Notes: generated by a model from the letters alone, not told the origin. 64,000 nt of DNA from Sphagnum compactum (GCA_965153455.1 OZ234493.1:5952001-6016000); one strand, 5' to 3'; positions 38,060 to 52,814 are shown, counted from the first letter of the stretch. A program made the numbers and translations.

Positions 38060-39150
38060 TGCAAGATGAAGACAAGGAAAAGATTCAAGAAAAGAATTGT
38101 CCTAATGCAATTCCGATACATGTTGAAATGGGGTCATAATGGAGTAAATTATATTGGTGCAACCTTCGAGACTAATGACATGAAATTACACAAGTGAACA
38201 CTTGTGGAATTCCAATTATTTATGTATAATTAATGTTAGGCATTATTTTTTCAAAAGTGTCTTTTAATACATGACATTACTTTTTAATTATGGCATGTAT
38301 TAAAAAATTGGAATAAGTTCATTTTTAAATAAATCAAGATATGGCATTATGCACCCAAGTATTCAACCACTTGAGGAACATCATGTACATCAAACTTGTC
38401 CACGGAGAGAACCCAAAGAAATTTTTAGTGTCATTACAATATTTTGTTCGCATGATGATAGAAAGGATGGACAATGCCCTTGATGAAATTTACCAATATT
38501 TTTGGCAACGTTATGATTTAGTTATTTGGTAGTAGTTTCAAGTTTTTTTTTCCAAATATGTTTGGTTTGATGCGATGATTGTAGTATAAGAATGGGCATA
38601 AAGCAATATTGATGAGATTTTGTTTATAAGATTACGGGCAAATGGAGTGCAAAAGGTTCCATGTGCCACCATGGAGACTCAATGAAGTTCATCAAATCTT
38701 TATCATGGGGCATTGGAAAGATGGATGAATATCAATACCCATGGATTATGAAGGAGAAAAGTTGATTGGTTAATGTGATGATTGACCAATTTGGTTGCAA
38801 TTCACACTAGGTACATACAATAGAGAAAAATCAATGGGTTTGTGTTCAACAAGGTGGTTGAAAGTGTTGTTCAAATGAATTTAATGTGAACATGGACTAT
38901 CATGGTTAAGCACACCTTGCCCCCCTCTACTTCTAGGGGTATTTGGATGGTGAAATCACAATATGCCAAAGATTTATGGTACATGTGGTCAATTGCCCTT
39001 TCACCAAGTATGTTTCTTGCTTGTGTGAGTGGACGCTACATGCAAATTTTCTCTAACGTCAATGTGTAATTATCCTTCATAATACAAATGTCACCAAATA
39101 ATTCTTATTAGAATATTGTGGATTGTATTATGGGTACAACCATGGCAATC
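38060..39150 (+). pseudogene. Heavily decayed MULE/SWIM-type transposase remnant
   Basis: Fragments translate to WGHNGVNYIGATFETNDMKLH and FTKYVSCLCEWTLHANF..CVIILHNTNVT..LLEYCG (SWIM-like CxC), with many stops and frameshifts. Confidence 0.45.
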
Positions 39151-42100
39151 TTGAAACTATGATTGCATTACATTGTTGTTAATGAATGGAAGGTGAAAAA
39201 CCAAAACACCACAAAAAATGGTTGCAAAACCAAAACATAACACTAAAAGAAATTTCACAATTGGTGGCCTACAAATTATGTGTGATTTGGTTAGTTTATT
39301 TGAAAAAATGCAACAAAAATTTAAAAAATTAAGGTGACTATTTATAGACCAGAATGATGAAGGGCTAGTCATAAGCAACATCATCATCACTCCCGTCTTC
39401 ATCATTGTTATATCATTTTTTTCATTTTCATTTGCATTTGCATTTGAATATTCATTTGAATATTTGTTGTATTTGTTCCATTTGATGTTTTCTCAAAGAA
39501 AAGTAGCACACTTCAATTAGTAGTCATCTCTAATTGTAGGGGCCTATTTCAATTAAAAGGTTTTTATTCTAGTATTCCCTTTGATCATTTCAACATTTGC
39601 AAAAAACCTTTCTCTCATTTAACTTCTTGAAAAGCTTGGGATCAATCACTCTCCCATATTCTAGAATCCCAATGAGTTCCATTAACTTTGGTTTCATGAG
39701 CATTGCCAAAAGAAGCTTAGACATGTCACGGCTAGACGTCATAATTGTTATGGTGAGTTTGTCCCATTCCATCATAGTTTCATTCTATCACCTCCTTTCA
39801 ACATTTTATGATTATTTATACTTCTTACGCATTTCATCAACCATGATAAAAATAATGTATTTATGATGGTTAGTGAGCCTTGGTGACCCAAGGTTAATTC
39901 ATTGATGCCCAACTTTTTACCACTTTGTAAAAAACTATCTTAAAAAAAATACCTATGGAAATGAAGGTAGTTTCAATGTTTTGTACATGCCACCTCTACA
40001 ATATTCCAAAAGGCAACTTGTACATATTGGCATCAACATAAAGCTCCCAATGGATGCCTTTTTTGGTAAGTGGAAAATTCTCAAAATTCATTATGAAGTT
40101 TGGAGTAGTTGAAAGGCCTACCATAGTTGTGAAACCCAATCAAAACCCAATAGAATTAAAATTCAAGTCTTGCAAGAATAAAAAAATATCCAAATACAAT
40201 AAAGTTATTTCATGATAGGTATAACAACCAATTTTTGTAACATGTATGATAATTATAACAAATAAAATTTCATAATAAGTATAAGAAAATGATTGAAAAT
40301 TTATGAGTATGAATTGAGTTGAACAAATAAAGGATTGGTTTATTGAACAAATAGAGGAGATGAAGTCAATAATAATGTGCATGTGGATTTTGCTAAAAGT
40401 TGGAACACATTGAAATTTGAACACACAATACATAAATGTAATTTGCACATTAACAATTGGAACAAAATTTGATAAAATAAACAAATTTTGCTGGAAATAT
40501 TCCAACTTCATAATTGAAAATGCTTGCATTTTCAACGTACAATTTAAACATAATGTAAAATGATTCTTAATGCATCCAAAACTAAAAGTCTTATATAAAA
40601 ACCAAATTGATTATAAATCTAAAACATTGAAATGCAATCATAATGCTCAAGAGTTGTATTGTTGTTTTTGCACGTTTCAATGTGTTTGCCTAAAACACTA
40701 ACAAACTTAAATTATTTAGGACACTTAATTACAACATTTTGGTTAATACCTTTCAAGGGATGAACAATTTGAATTGTGTGAATTTCATGAGCATTAATGC
40801 TACTCATTTAAACTTGTATACTTCCAAACCAATAACCCATCATGTAATTAAAAATACCCACAACTACCATTAACATTAAACACTAATAATGAATGACTAT
40901 TATTCATTATTTGCTTGGTGCTATGTTTGTTTACATGTCACATAAGATCTATGAATAACTCCTCACCCACTCATAATTAGAACAAACAACACTAAAAACC
41001 ATTATAAGTAAATATTACTTCATATTATATTATTAACCAACATGCAATGTGCATACCCTTTTAAATTATGTGAATTTGGTAAAAAAAGAAGTGTGGTCTT
41101 TCATTATAACAAATCTTGCATTTCCAATATAATAAAATCTATTAATTAATATGAATCTAATTGTTTGTGTGAGGTTTGTATAGTTCCTATTTAACAATAT
41201 TAGATGTCCTAATCTTTCATTAATCGAATTGTTGTTGTTTGCTTAAAGTTGAGGGTTTAAGGATTTTATAAATTCTTTAATAGTAAAAGAACATAAGCAT
41301 TGGTGTTGCTAATCCTAATGGTGCCATTACACATCTCACACCCTTTCTTTTCAAAGGTCACTTTTGGCTCTAATATTCTAAGTGTGATAGTTCATGGACC
41401 TTGTTAACTTGTTCAATTTTAGGAATATATCTTGATTGTTGGCCATCTTTGGTCTTACTTTTCATAATAATGACTTAAAGAACTTGACTCACTTATATTA
41501 TATTAACAAATGTAGTTCCTTCACAACCAAGGTCATAAAATCTTTATATATTAACAAGTGGAGTTGTGTTCACACACTCTATTATCACAAGTTCTAATAT
41601 AATGTAAACATTGTTAATGTAACTTCATATTGAGAATTAACATTAGTGCATCATGGACATGTCAAGTCCACATAAACATGAGATTCAAAAACCTAAACTA
41701 AATACCCAATGAAAGAACACATGATTTACTGAACAATTTGGATAATGAAAACATCCATAGATTTTCATATTGAAAGACTCAATGTGCTAACTCATCAATT
41801 ATCGAACATTCATTTGTAAAAGTCGACTAATTTACTTAGTTAATTGACAAACAAGACAATATTGGCATTTTATTTCATAAGAAATTTTTTGATGAAAAAC
41901 CAACTTAAAAACATAATATAAATTTGAATAAACGAATAAACAAGCGGTTCATGATTCATTGCATAATGATTCTACACACCTTGTGACAAGTTCAAACCAA
42001 TAGTTCAATTAAAAATAAAATTCACAAAGAAATGAATTCACATTTTTTGAATAAACACTTGTTGAGCATTCCTTCAAATGGGACACAAAGAAAGCTACCT

Positions 42101-42726
42101 TTATTGCAAGTTCTTGAATCTTCCCCCTTTGAGGTAGAGTTGGAACCAATAAATGAACATGCTTTAGAATGAACCACTAAGGGCACATGGGCTTCCTTTG
42201 ATGGTGGGAAGTGGAAGCCTATGGATTGCAATTCTTAAGCTTATAACAATTTTGGTGTCAACTAAAATTGCAAATGTATTCCAATTGCAATTATAGTGAA
42301 CCAAATAATAATTTTTTTGAATAATTACAAAATTCTATTATTTGGCACTAATAAATAATTATGAATAAAAGGATTTATGGGTTTTGAGAAATCCTTAAGG
42401 TGTACATTAAAAGGTGCATTTAAAAATTAAAAAATTGAGAATTGTGACACAAATGAATTTGTTAATGTTGATTTTTAAAAATTTTCTTTAGTGATTTCTT
42501 GAATCCTTGGTTTGCTTTCTTTAGTGACTTTCTTTGGGACTCGTTGTGGGGCTTCTTTTAGGGTTTTGGAGCGTTGGTCGAAGAAAACGCGAGAAAAGAA
42601 AAAGGGGAAGCAAAGAGGGACGGAGAGGCGAGAGAGGAAGAGGAAGGGGCGCGGGCACGCACATGCTCGCGCTGCTGTGACGAATTCTACCTCCTAAGTA
42701 GCGGCAGTAGGAGTGCAGCTACAGTC

Positions 42727-45700
42727 ATGGATGCGCGTGCTGTTCCAACTTGGCTTCACGCGCAGATCGAGTATCTCCGGAACAATGCTCCACTTCCCTT
42801 GAAGGTTCGTTGTCGTCACGTGTTGTTCCCCTCCTCTGCTTCTTTCTACATTGTACTTATTGGCTGCTGGTTGTGCAATTTTAAGGCGAGGGGTTAGATC
42901 CGGATGCAACACTGTTCTTCTTGGCAGAGATCGCCCATGCCCATGTGTCAACTTAGTGCTCGTCATGTGCTCCTTCTGTGTCCTCGTGAGCTCGATAGTT
43001 TTAGGGTTAGGGTTACTGCCATCATTTGTCGAGTTCGTCTGTGTGTGGGTTTTGTGACTTTCGTAGTTTTCTTGTTTTTCCTCGCATTTCCTGTTTTCTT
43101 AGAGGGTCGTTCTCAGGTAATATCTGTAGCTATGAATACAGATACCTCCTGTAAGCCACCTGGGTTCACAGGACCCTGACTACTAACCTATGAGCCCTAA
43201 ACCTCCTAGCGGGGGTTGCTATAGCTCCCCAGATCCTACCCCAGGGCTTGGAAAGTCCCTTCATGCACTGACTGCAATTATATCTGAGGTGATGCTTATT
43301 GTGATATCTGCCACACACCTATTAGTTTTGATTTGAATGCAATTCCACTTGCAGGTTTGCAGGGATCTTGTCCATGATGATTTTGAATTGAGACTATTTA
43401 AGGAAGTGACTGATGAATGAATTGAACACAAATGTCTGCAGGTTGAGAATTTGAGAGCAGGCACTCGTGGTGGGCATGTCATGGATCGGTTCACAGTGCT
43501 TGTTCCCTGCTGCCTTTCCAATGTCAAGTGTATGTTGTTCATCTTCTGATTCACAGCTCTTCTCCTTCTGTATTCATCATTGTTGCACATATATATCACA
43601 ACGACCTGTGCTTTTACAAATTTCCTAGCCAGTTGACCTGAAATCACAGGATGTCGAAGCTATTGTCTGCCTGAGACACTAAAAGAACATGTGAGACATG
43701 CCTTGCCAACCTTAGCAGAAATCTGTTGGGAAACTCTTCTTGTGACTCTAGGAGGACTTCATTATTATAACCTCAAGCCTTGTTCATTGAAGTGGGCAAT
43801 GGAAGTGAGTATGACATTGCCATGCCTGGTGTGCATGTTTGGGACCATGGCATTCATAGTATAAACCACTGAATTTCATACCTCATTGTCAAAAAGTCAT
43901 TCACGTGTGTAGTTTGAACCAGGTCATAGACGACATAGGATCCCACAATGTTACAGACATTCAATCGATGGTCTGACAATTGCGTGTGTGAAGAATGATA
44001 TTGGCCACTACATTAAGTGTAGGACCTGGAGGAGTTATAAAGTCAAAATTTCATGAATATCAGATATCGCTTTGAAAGGTTAGATCCAGTGTAAGCCTGG
44101 TATGCATGATTGGGACCATGGGAATTCCATGTTTTTTTGGTTGTGAGAAGGTGACACAAAATGATTTGGGAATACAGTCACAAGAATTGTGTGCAGCCTG
44201 TAGAAATGAAACATTTGTTGTTGAGGACATTCTGTTGAATGGAAGAGGGCACTGGGTAGGAATTTAGAGCCACCAAAGTGTTCAGGGCCAGGAGCTAGAG
44301 TCAAAGCCTGGGCCCAGAATTTCATCCCTTGCACCCATTCCAAAGCTGGATGAATGGCAATTCTGCTGTATTGCTGTTAGCAGCTGCTCAACAAGGATGA
44401 TCTTTGATTGGGGTTGCTTTGTGCTGTAGTTTTGAAAGAGCTTGCATGGCAGGGGAGGTGGTGTTCAATGGCCTTGATGCAAAGGTGGCACCAGATATTA
44501 TATTTGGTGTGGATGATGAGAGCTTTCAACCGCTTGCAAATAGTAGTGAGTTTTCACCAGGCTCTTTTCTTCGAGATTGGACAGTCACAGAACCCAACAG
44601 TCTTTTGAAACTTATCCTTGTGACAAGGTATGACTTTTTTCTTCATGTTATGGGAATCAAGCGTATACAAGAACCAATATGCCTGTACCTTCTTTGTGTT
44701 TGTGAAATTGCATGTTTGTGGGGAAGTTGATGGGTTCTTTATTTTTCTGTGAATTGACAACCTTGTGTCTCTTAAGAAAGATCCCATTGATCCTGATCAA
44801 ATGGTAATACTCATATTTGAATGTTTATCACCACTCACAAACTGTCATGGACTCTCCATAATAAACTCAGTCAGTTTTTGAAACTAAACTTTTGCTCATC
44901 TCCATTTGTGCTATTTCCAAGATACTACATTGTGCTTGATGGTGAGAAATAATGGTCTTTTGGACTAAAATGCCTGTATCATGTTATCAATAGTTTGGTG
45001 GATGCTGCATAATTCAGGGAGAGAGATCATGTTTGATTCTGCCTACGAGGGCTGAGATGCCTGAAGGCTAACAATTTAAAACAGAGAGCTCCATTGACCA
45101 AAAGCTCCAGAAATTTCATTTTCGAGTTGTTGGTGCTAAAGGACTTGAACCCAGAGTAGTGCAGTGAGACAATGTCAGCAAGGGGATGTTGATTTGGAAA
45201 GGTGGGCACATGTGGCAGGGGTTCCTATCTGGATTATCAGCGACACAGAGTTGAGGCTGTTAATGATCCTCGAGTTAAATTTGAGATTAACACCATGAGT
45301 GGTCTCCAGGTGTGCACAAATTTATCAGTTATGTATGTCTTCTGGGTGCTAGCCAACATCATGACCAAGTCTTCCTGTTGCTTCTGGAAATACATCAGAA
45401 ACTCAGGATGCAGATTCTGTACAATATTTTGCCTGAAATTTTGGGCAGATTATTCTAGACTTAGTTAAATCCCACTGCCAGGAGGCAATGAAGTCAGTGG
45501 TATTTGTGGCAGCTTGTCACTGCTGTTTGTGATGAAGTGGGACAGTCTTACACTTTGCGAGTGATTCGCATAATGTTATGACTATGCTCATATTACCTTT
45601 AGAGTGTCATTGTGCAGATTTCTCTGCAATCTAATTGATATGCATAAGATGTATCAATCATAATATAGGCTGTATTTAGAATCTGATGACCCAAATTGGT

Positions 45701-48700
45701 CTCTCATGGGCAGATGCAGTTGGGTCTTTTCCATGAAAGACCAACTTCAAATTGTGATTGTTGGTTTTTTGGGTAGGGTTTAGGGTTTAGGGTTTATTGG
45801 TTTGATACATGCATGAAACTGGTTCTAAAGGAGGTGAGTCTTGTTGTTGCAGGGCTTGGAAATGTGTATAACTACTGCATCTGATCGGGTGAGTTTTGCA
45901 ATATGAAACTTTCAGCTGTGAGTTCTTCATGCTCACACATGCTGATATACTGCATCAGAATGGCAACCGTGACCTGCTTCTTTGCCAAAAGAACTTGACT
46001 TTTGTTTGCATAACCACTTTGTGATGATACTTTCCAATGGCTTGTGACCAATAAAGGAACTGTGTGTTCTTGCAAGAACAGTCAGAGGAGGTGAATTTTG
46101 CTGTGCCATTGGTCCTTGAGGTGGAAGCACCCCATCTTCAAGGCTCACATCTTCCTTCATCCACTCTTTGGAATGACATTTCATTACAAGTAAGGCTCTT
46201 GACCATTAGCCTCTTTTTTGCTGAGGCTCTTAGGAGTCATGTTCAGGCTCTTTTTCCTTATGTTGCTAGTTGCATGTATTATGTATGAGGATGGCACTGG
46301 TTAGCCTTGCCCACATTGTTGCAGCTTGTGCTGTATGACCTGGTCACCTAAGCAGGTCCACCAGGTACCCATTAGTTAAAACTGCATTGCATGAGCTACA
46401 GCTTTACTGAAACTGGTGCAAGTGTCATGCAGTCCTGGGGACCATAGCTTTTGTGTTTTGTATTGTGGCATTCTGGTCTTTGGCACAGTGAGATATGCCT
46501 GATCTTGATGTACATTGGATATTAGTGCTTCTATTTAAATTTACAGGCATTGGCAGTATTCTTACATAATACCAATTGATTTGTGGGTACTCGGCAGGTT
46601 TTTGTTTCCCTGAGTATGTCTTGAGGAATGGGTAAATTGTCATGATGATGCTACAGGTCAAGTTCCCTTTGCAAAGGGGCCAAACATCAGCAGGCCCTCC
46701 TCAGCTAAAGCTTGTGGCACCTCCAGCCATGCGCGAGGTGTTTGACGTTGATGATGTCAGGCTTCCAGTATGGCCTGGGAACATGTGAGTGTTCCCCCAC
46801 AGCATTTACTGAGGTTGATTAGGGTGGATAGTGAATTGACTGCCATGAATCCAGTAGCCTTTGACCTGGCAACCTGCAATTGGCTATGACATTAATTTCA
46901 TTTTGATCAGTGCTAGGTGCTCCTCATGTTAGTAAAACTAGCTGTAAGTGCATTGAGTTCACCTATAATTTGTACTCATGTGAACCAAAGGCTGCTGAGT
47001 CCTTGGGGGCATAATTGGCCAAGTATGATTGGAATCCAACTTTGAAACTGGCAGTACCTATCATATCAGCAGAGACAGTGTCCCTCTTGACGATCATAGG
47101 AGTGGGTGCAGATGTTTGGTGGAGTACATCCCGTCTCTGCAACAGACACTTCAACAGCAGGTCTAATGGCTCATCTTCTTTGTATTTCTGGGCTTCCAAT
47201 TTCCATGATCAGGGAGCTCATAGAGGAAGGATGAGATGCATTTGTAGATCAGTGTCTGATTTTGGACATCAGGTACGAGAGGCACGTGCATCAATTGCTT
47301 TGCGAAGGAGTTTCATGGAGGCACTGTTCCCATTTTTTGGACGTCCTCTTGAGGCAGATGCGGTAGGTCCTTTTGTGACCATTCACCTCTATAGGCAAGA
47401 AGGGGGTGTCAACTCTCAGATTGTTTATATTGTCTCTTCTGCCCATTGTCTTTGGACATCAAAAGAGTTCTCCAGAAAGTAAAAAAATTCCTTTCAGCAA
47501 GGATATTGCTGTCAGAATATGTGCCATGAGGTTTTGAGCATACTGTTGCAAATTCTATACCAACCATTAGGCAGACAACTTCAGTGATAGTGTACCCACA
47601 CTGCCGGGTTGGATTCTTTTTGTTCTTAGTGTTCTCTCTCATTGGTTCTGTTTTGTTTCTCTCCTTGTTGTTCCTGCTCACCAGGATTATTGGGCTTTCA
47701 CAAAGTAGGCCTTGTCTTTTGTCATGAGCATGTGGACTTCATTTCTGGAGTCCAACTGCATACTTAATTGGTCCACAGAAAGATGGGCACCTTGAACCCC
47801 CTTTACTCTCTAACAATTGTGTGACTGGTGATGTTGGGGGTGGTCATGGCCAGACCTATTGTCGAAGGATTTCATTGCTAGCTTCATCTGGAGCCTTCAC
47901 CTTTTTGGTACATTTCTATCTGTGATGCTGCCTATTTGCAGGAAAGAAAGGCTAATGCTGGTGCTTTCTTGCAATTTGATTGTTGTGTTGTGTTGTGGTT
48001 TTGTAGGTCCACTTAGCTTTGCCAATTCAGTTTCCAAAAGTGCAGCCAACTCTGACCTTCCAGAGCTCCCAGGTCTGTATCATTTATTACTGCTGATGTG
48101 CTCTGAATGTGGTGTTGACTGGTGCTGGATATCTACCAAACAAGGACCGACCTAATTGTTCTTACAAACTGAAAGATGTATGCATGATGGGTTATCATGG
48201 AGTTGTTATGTTATTACCCAACATTTGCATTTCTAAGATGGGCAATTCTTGTCCAAGATGGGGATGCCTTACCAGAAGCCTTTCAGATACCTATGCTTTT
48301 GAAGAAATTCAGTGTGCCCAGATGCAGCTGTGCCAAAGAAAATGGTTATAATTCAGTACCCAGGAACAGAGTGAAGGATAACATGCAAAATCTAGTATGA
48401 GTTTAGGGGTTTGGATTTTAATATCAAGCCAGGGAGTCAGAAAACCTGCCAGCTATGGATTGTATAAAAATGTCCCCTTTTCATGCACCTTTTTGAGTAG
48501 ATTTGGTGGATCACAAGTTTGGTGGATCACAAAAATGTCCCTTTTGTGATCTACCAAATATTTTGTGGATCACAAGTTTGGCTCATCAAATTTTAAATCT
48601 GGAACCTCTTTTGAGGCTTGTTATCCTAGCTTCCAACTGACCACCAATCAACATGTAGCACTTCGTCAATATCATAGAGATGCTGAGTCTTGTTTTGCTG

Positions 48701-49820
48701 CAAATGTGGGCTCCAAAAACTGGTATCATATTTTCAGAATGGGTGTTATATGTTACATGGCAGCACTTTGACACACGAGGGCGGCCACTTGTGTCACGTA
48801 CTTATATGGATTATCCATGGAGTCCACGGTGGGATGCACCTCAAATGGCACAACGCATTATGTACACTCTCAAAACTCTGTTGGGCTGTAGAAAGTTAGT
48901 TTAAGCTCCCTAGTTTACAGCTTAGTATATAGTAAATGTATTTCCCATGCTAGGCAGCACCCTAGTACCTTGGCAGCTTCAACACTAATTGTATTATTTT
49001 CATAAGTGTTGAAAATTTCAAAAAATATTTCAAATAACAAAAAAATTGTCAAGGAAAATACTGAATCTTCAAGAATATTCTATTTGTTGAAATGAATATT
49101 TCAAAATTAATTATTTATTCAACAGATGTGTCAAAGCTGCCAAGGTACTACAGTACTATGTTTTGGGTGCCAGTCAGGCTATATGCCAAATTTACCTTCA
49201 TTTGCTAGCAAATCAGTTTGCTGATCCAACGCCAACTGACCTGGGTAAAGATTAGTTTACTGCAAACAAAAAGTGTCCTTATTACAGGAACACTAATGAA
49301 GAGAGTAATTGGGTTGTATTTGCTTGGAATGTGGCAATTCTGAAACTTTACAACTTCTGAACAACAGATACAAGAGTATCGGGTCCAATTTAAATGAATA
49401 AACTGGATTTGTACCAGAACCGCCTTGCCTGTCCGTACTTTAAAATGTACAAAGTGAGTACATTTTTTATGTTCTTGTCTTTGTGATTCCATGATGAAGT
49501 TGGAAACTGAGAACCTTAGATTGCTTGCTGACATAAGTCCAGTCTGGGTAAGGTAAATACCTTGTATGATTTCTGGTCTCTATTTGGAAGGTGCTCTGAT
49601 CTCCTGTGCTCAGATACCCATAATTGAGGCAGCTACAACATTGGATTTGTTGTTTCCTTTGTGAATGCTATTCCATAAATTTGGTTCAGGGGAATGTGGT
49701 ACAATTTCTTCAGCTGACTGAGCTGTTGTTTTTTCTGGTGATAATGTCAGGGATTTTGTGGCAGATGAGTGTATTGCTTTCAAGAAACAGTGCAATGATC
49801 TTCTCCACCATCAACGTTGA
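42727..49820 (+). CDS. BABAM2: BRISC and BRCA1-A complex member 2 (BRE/BRCC45) homologue
   Basis: 13 phase-consistent exons: 42727-42804, 43442-43529, 44453-44627, 45219-45309, 45853-45888, 46082-46189, 46657-46784, 47112-47160, 47273-47362, 47854-47907, 48007-48072, 48764-48861 and 49751-49820. Motifs: DRFTVLVPCC, WEVVFN..APDIIFG, RRSFMEAL..FGRPLEAD, QFPKVQP, YPWSPRW, FKKQC. Confidence 0.92.
45335..45630 (+). mobile_element. Dispersed structured repeat, copy E (BRE intron 4)
   Basis: GTGCTAGCCAACATC..GTCTTCC..GAAACTCAGGA..GCCTGAAATTTTGGGC..CCCACTG..ATGAAGTCAGTGG..GGCAGCTTGTCACTGC..ACTTTGCGAGTGA..GTTATGAC..GATTTCTCTGCAA. Confidence 0.8.
45774..45796. repeat. Interstitial telomeric repeat (TAGGGTT)3 in BRE intron 4
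   Basis: TAGGGTTTAGGGTTTAGGGTTTA. Confidence 0.8.
48963..49150. mobile_element. ~190-bp MITE in BRE intron 12
   Basis: Terminal inverted repeats TAGTACCTTGGCAGCTT.AACAC and GTGT.AAAGCTGCCAAGGTACTA; AT-rich interior; TA at both ends (possible TSD). Confidence 0.75.
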
Positions 49821-52684
49821 TTATCCCTGTTTGCTCTGGCTGTAAGTCATTCTTATCATGCTACTCAGAAAAAGAGGATTGTGGTCAGTTCTTGTGCCTA
49901 AGAATTTGGTACAGGAATCACAGTTCTGGTGTAGATACTTTTCTCTTGTACCTTTTTCTCTCCAAACAAAAGCAGAAGGGCAAAGCAAACTATGAAGTGC
50001 CTTTTGAAGCTGATCCTTTTGTCAAGATATACATGTGGATGATTGCTTCAATGACACTGGGTTAAACAGGGATTGGAGTGAAGTTGTGTCCTATCGTAAA
50101 CCATCTCGTACCAGACTTTTGAATATTGCCATGCAACATGGTACAGGAGAATGGCCTAATGTCTACCAAGTAGGGTGACCCAGACTCATTACTGTCATGG
50201 GTATTGGTGCCTTTCTAGAGGTGGAGACTTTCTCAGGGCCAGAACATGGGCAACAGGGTTGCCCACATCATTTTGAGGACTTGAGAGCCCCAGTGGTTTC
50301 CTCATTTTGGATGACTGACCACCGGGTCCCAGTCTAATTGGGTTGGCTTGCATGGAGTTAACGTTGATGACTAGTGTAGTGCAACTAGTGTGCATAGTAT
50401 GTTTCCCTCTGTGACCAAACTAGTAGCACATTGAGCTGAATGACATGGTAATAGTCAAATTTGCAGTTGTAGGCTAGTCAGCTGAGAAATCTCAAGATCC
50501 CCAACATACCATCTTCTGACAAAAACATGTGAAAGTGCTGCCAGGCATTGTTTCATACTTTTCATTCCTGCTGTGCCATGCCTGCACTTGCAAGAGTGGT
50601 TGAATTTCTGAGTCATGTTAATTTAGGTCTATTACTGTCCACTACAATTTTTCCAAGTTAACATGACAGTAAAGCAATCAGTGGTACGTGATGATTGCTC
50701 CTAGACTCAAAACAGGTGATGCAGCTACTGCACTGGAAAAGGGACGAGCATTATAAAGACAATGGCAGATAGCATTCACATTTTCCAAATATGGTAGACC
50801 TTCTTCACAAGACCTTTGTCAAACCTGACCAAAACTTCCAATTGGATTGGGGCTATCAGGAGTTCATTCTTGCAGTGTAGCTACAAGTGAATATTCTGTT
50901 GTAATTTGTCAAATATAAATTTGGAGCATCAATTGATTCTTGAAAGTGTTCTTTACTACTTTGAATATGAGTATTTACTCTTGCTGGTTGCCTTGTCTTT
51001 CCCATGCGCACTGGTTGGGGTGTCCAAATAATTCTGAAATAAATGGAAAATTCTGTCAAACAAGTAGGATTTAGTATTGATTGTGGTAATTGCCCTTAAG
51101 GTGGACATCAATTGGAGTTGACTTCGTATTCAAGGTTTTTATTTTGTTTTCCTTCTTGTATTATTTTAGTTATGCAGGTTCATGGAACTTCTCTAAGTGC
51201 AAGAAAGCAATAACCGCACAAGTTGATAAGTTCAGATGTCAAGCTTCAAACTGGGAAGTAAGAACTTGAAAGTTCAAATTGAATGTTCTATCACCTCTTA
51301 ACATTTGTGAACCATTATTCACTGATCCACTTGGACCTACCTCAAGGATCACTGCCTCTTTTTTGGTGCTGTGTTTTTTGCTTGTAAAACTTGACATTGC
51401 CTCGACAAATTTTTGGAGGGGTGCCACCTGAGAGGCTGAAGTCTGAACCTCTGACTGTGGGGTGGGCAATGTTGGGTGGCTTGAAAGTTAAAACTGTATG
51501 CTACAGGTTGATGAGCTGATTTTGGATTGTTGTTGAAGGATCAGCTAAAGAATTTCCAATCTTGTGACTTGTAACCCTAAGAGCCTAAGCCCTTTCTGCA
51601 CTGAATTTATCTCTATTTGAGCCTTGAGATATAAATCTGGTCCAGTCTGCTCATTCATGAATGGAATCACAAAAGCAACCATTGGAAGTTCAAGTTTACA
51701 CAATAAAGTCTTTGGCAGACATTACTACACAAACTTGCGCTCTCCATGTATATGTGCTTTTACAACACTTTTACTAACAATGTGTTTAAGATTATGCTAA
51801 CGAAATGTTGATACAATCATATACAATCATTGACATGATGTTGTGATATCATTTTGACACATTGTGATGATTACTCATTGTATTACAATGTGGATTATAA
51901 CATCATATCAACGATTGATCAGCACTCCACTAGGACTCAACCTTTGAATACATTTGAAAAATGTTATAAAAACCATATATACATGAAGAGGGCACGTTTG
52001 TGATTAGTACAGCCAAAATCAAGGAATTGATGATGAGATAGCAAAGCGTGATCGGTCTCATGTGAGACCAAGCAAAGTGTTACTCAAGCTTGGATCTAAA
52101 CTTTGACCTACCCAAGGACTTTTGATGTGGCACTCACACATGCATCTTAATATCACACTCAATGGTCTAGGTTGCTGTAAAAAATTGCTTGAAAGAAGTT
52201 TAAGCCCCTGCCATAGATCCAGCATTGTACAATAGACAGCAGATTTTGTGAAGTACAAGAATTTGAAAAGTCACCATTTGATTATGTATGGTGCAACACA
52301 ACATGTTGTGTTGACAAGTGGACAACAAAAGCGGGTTCCCAGCTCGGGCCAGAGCCAACCAGCAATCGCCTCACCAGTGGATTGAGTATGAGGGATGGAT
52401 AGTAGCTGAGCAGGAAACACATTTTTCATTGGGTTCCTATCCCGTAGCCAGTCGTTGAGAGGTGCCTTGCACTCTGATTGGTTGGCTGGACATGGGTTAT
52501 AACTCATAACCAGCCTGATTGGCTGAGGTGATAACCTTGTTCCCTGTTGGTAGGAGCACACACAAGTGGCGGAGCTTCACTTCATAACTTGTGTGTGTTA
52601 GCTTGATTTTTGCAGGAACACACGGTATTGGGCAGGTTTCTACTATGCCTAGTGAGGAGGGAGTAACTGCAGACTCAGTGCCCC

Positions 52685-52814
52685 TCAATGACTGGTTATA
52701 ACCAGACATATGACCGGACATAACCAGTCATTGATTATTGACCTTTGAAGGGCAAACCTACTTTGACTATTTGGAGGATAAAATAGGTTTGCCCTTCAAA
52801 GGTCAATAATCAAT
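52685..52814. repeat. Two abutting perfect inverted repeats (15-bp and 31-bp arms)
   Basis: Arms 52685-52699 / 52720-52734 and 52730-52760 / 52784-52814. Confidence 0.92.
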
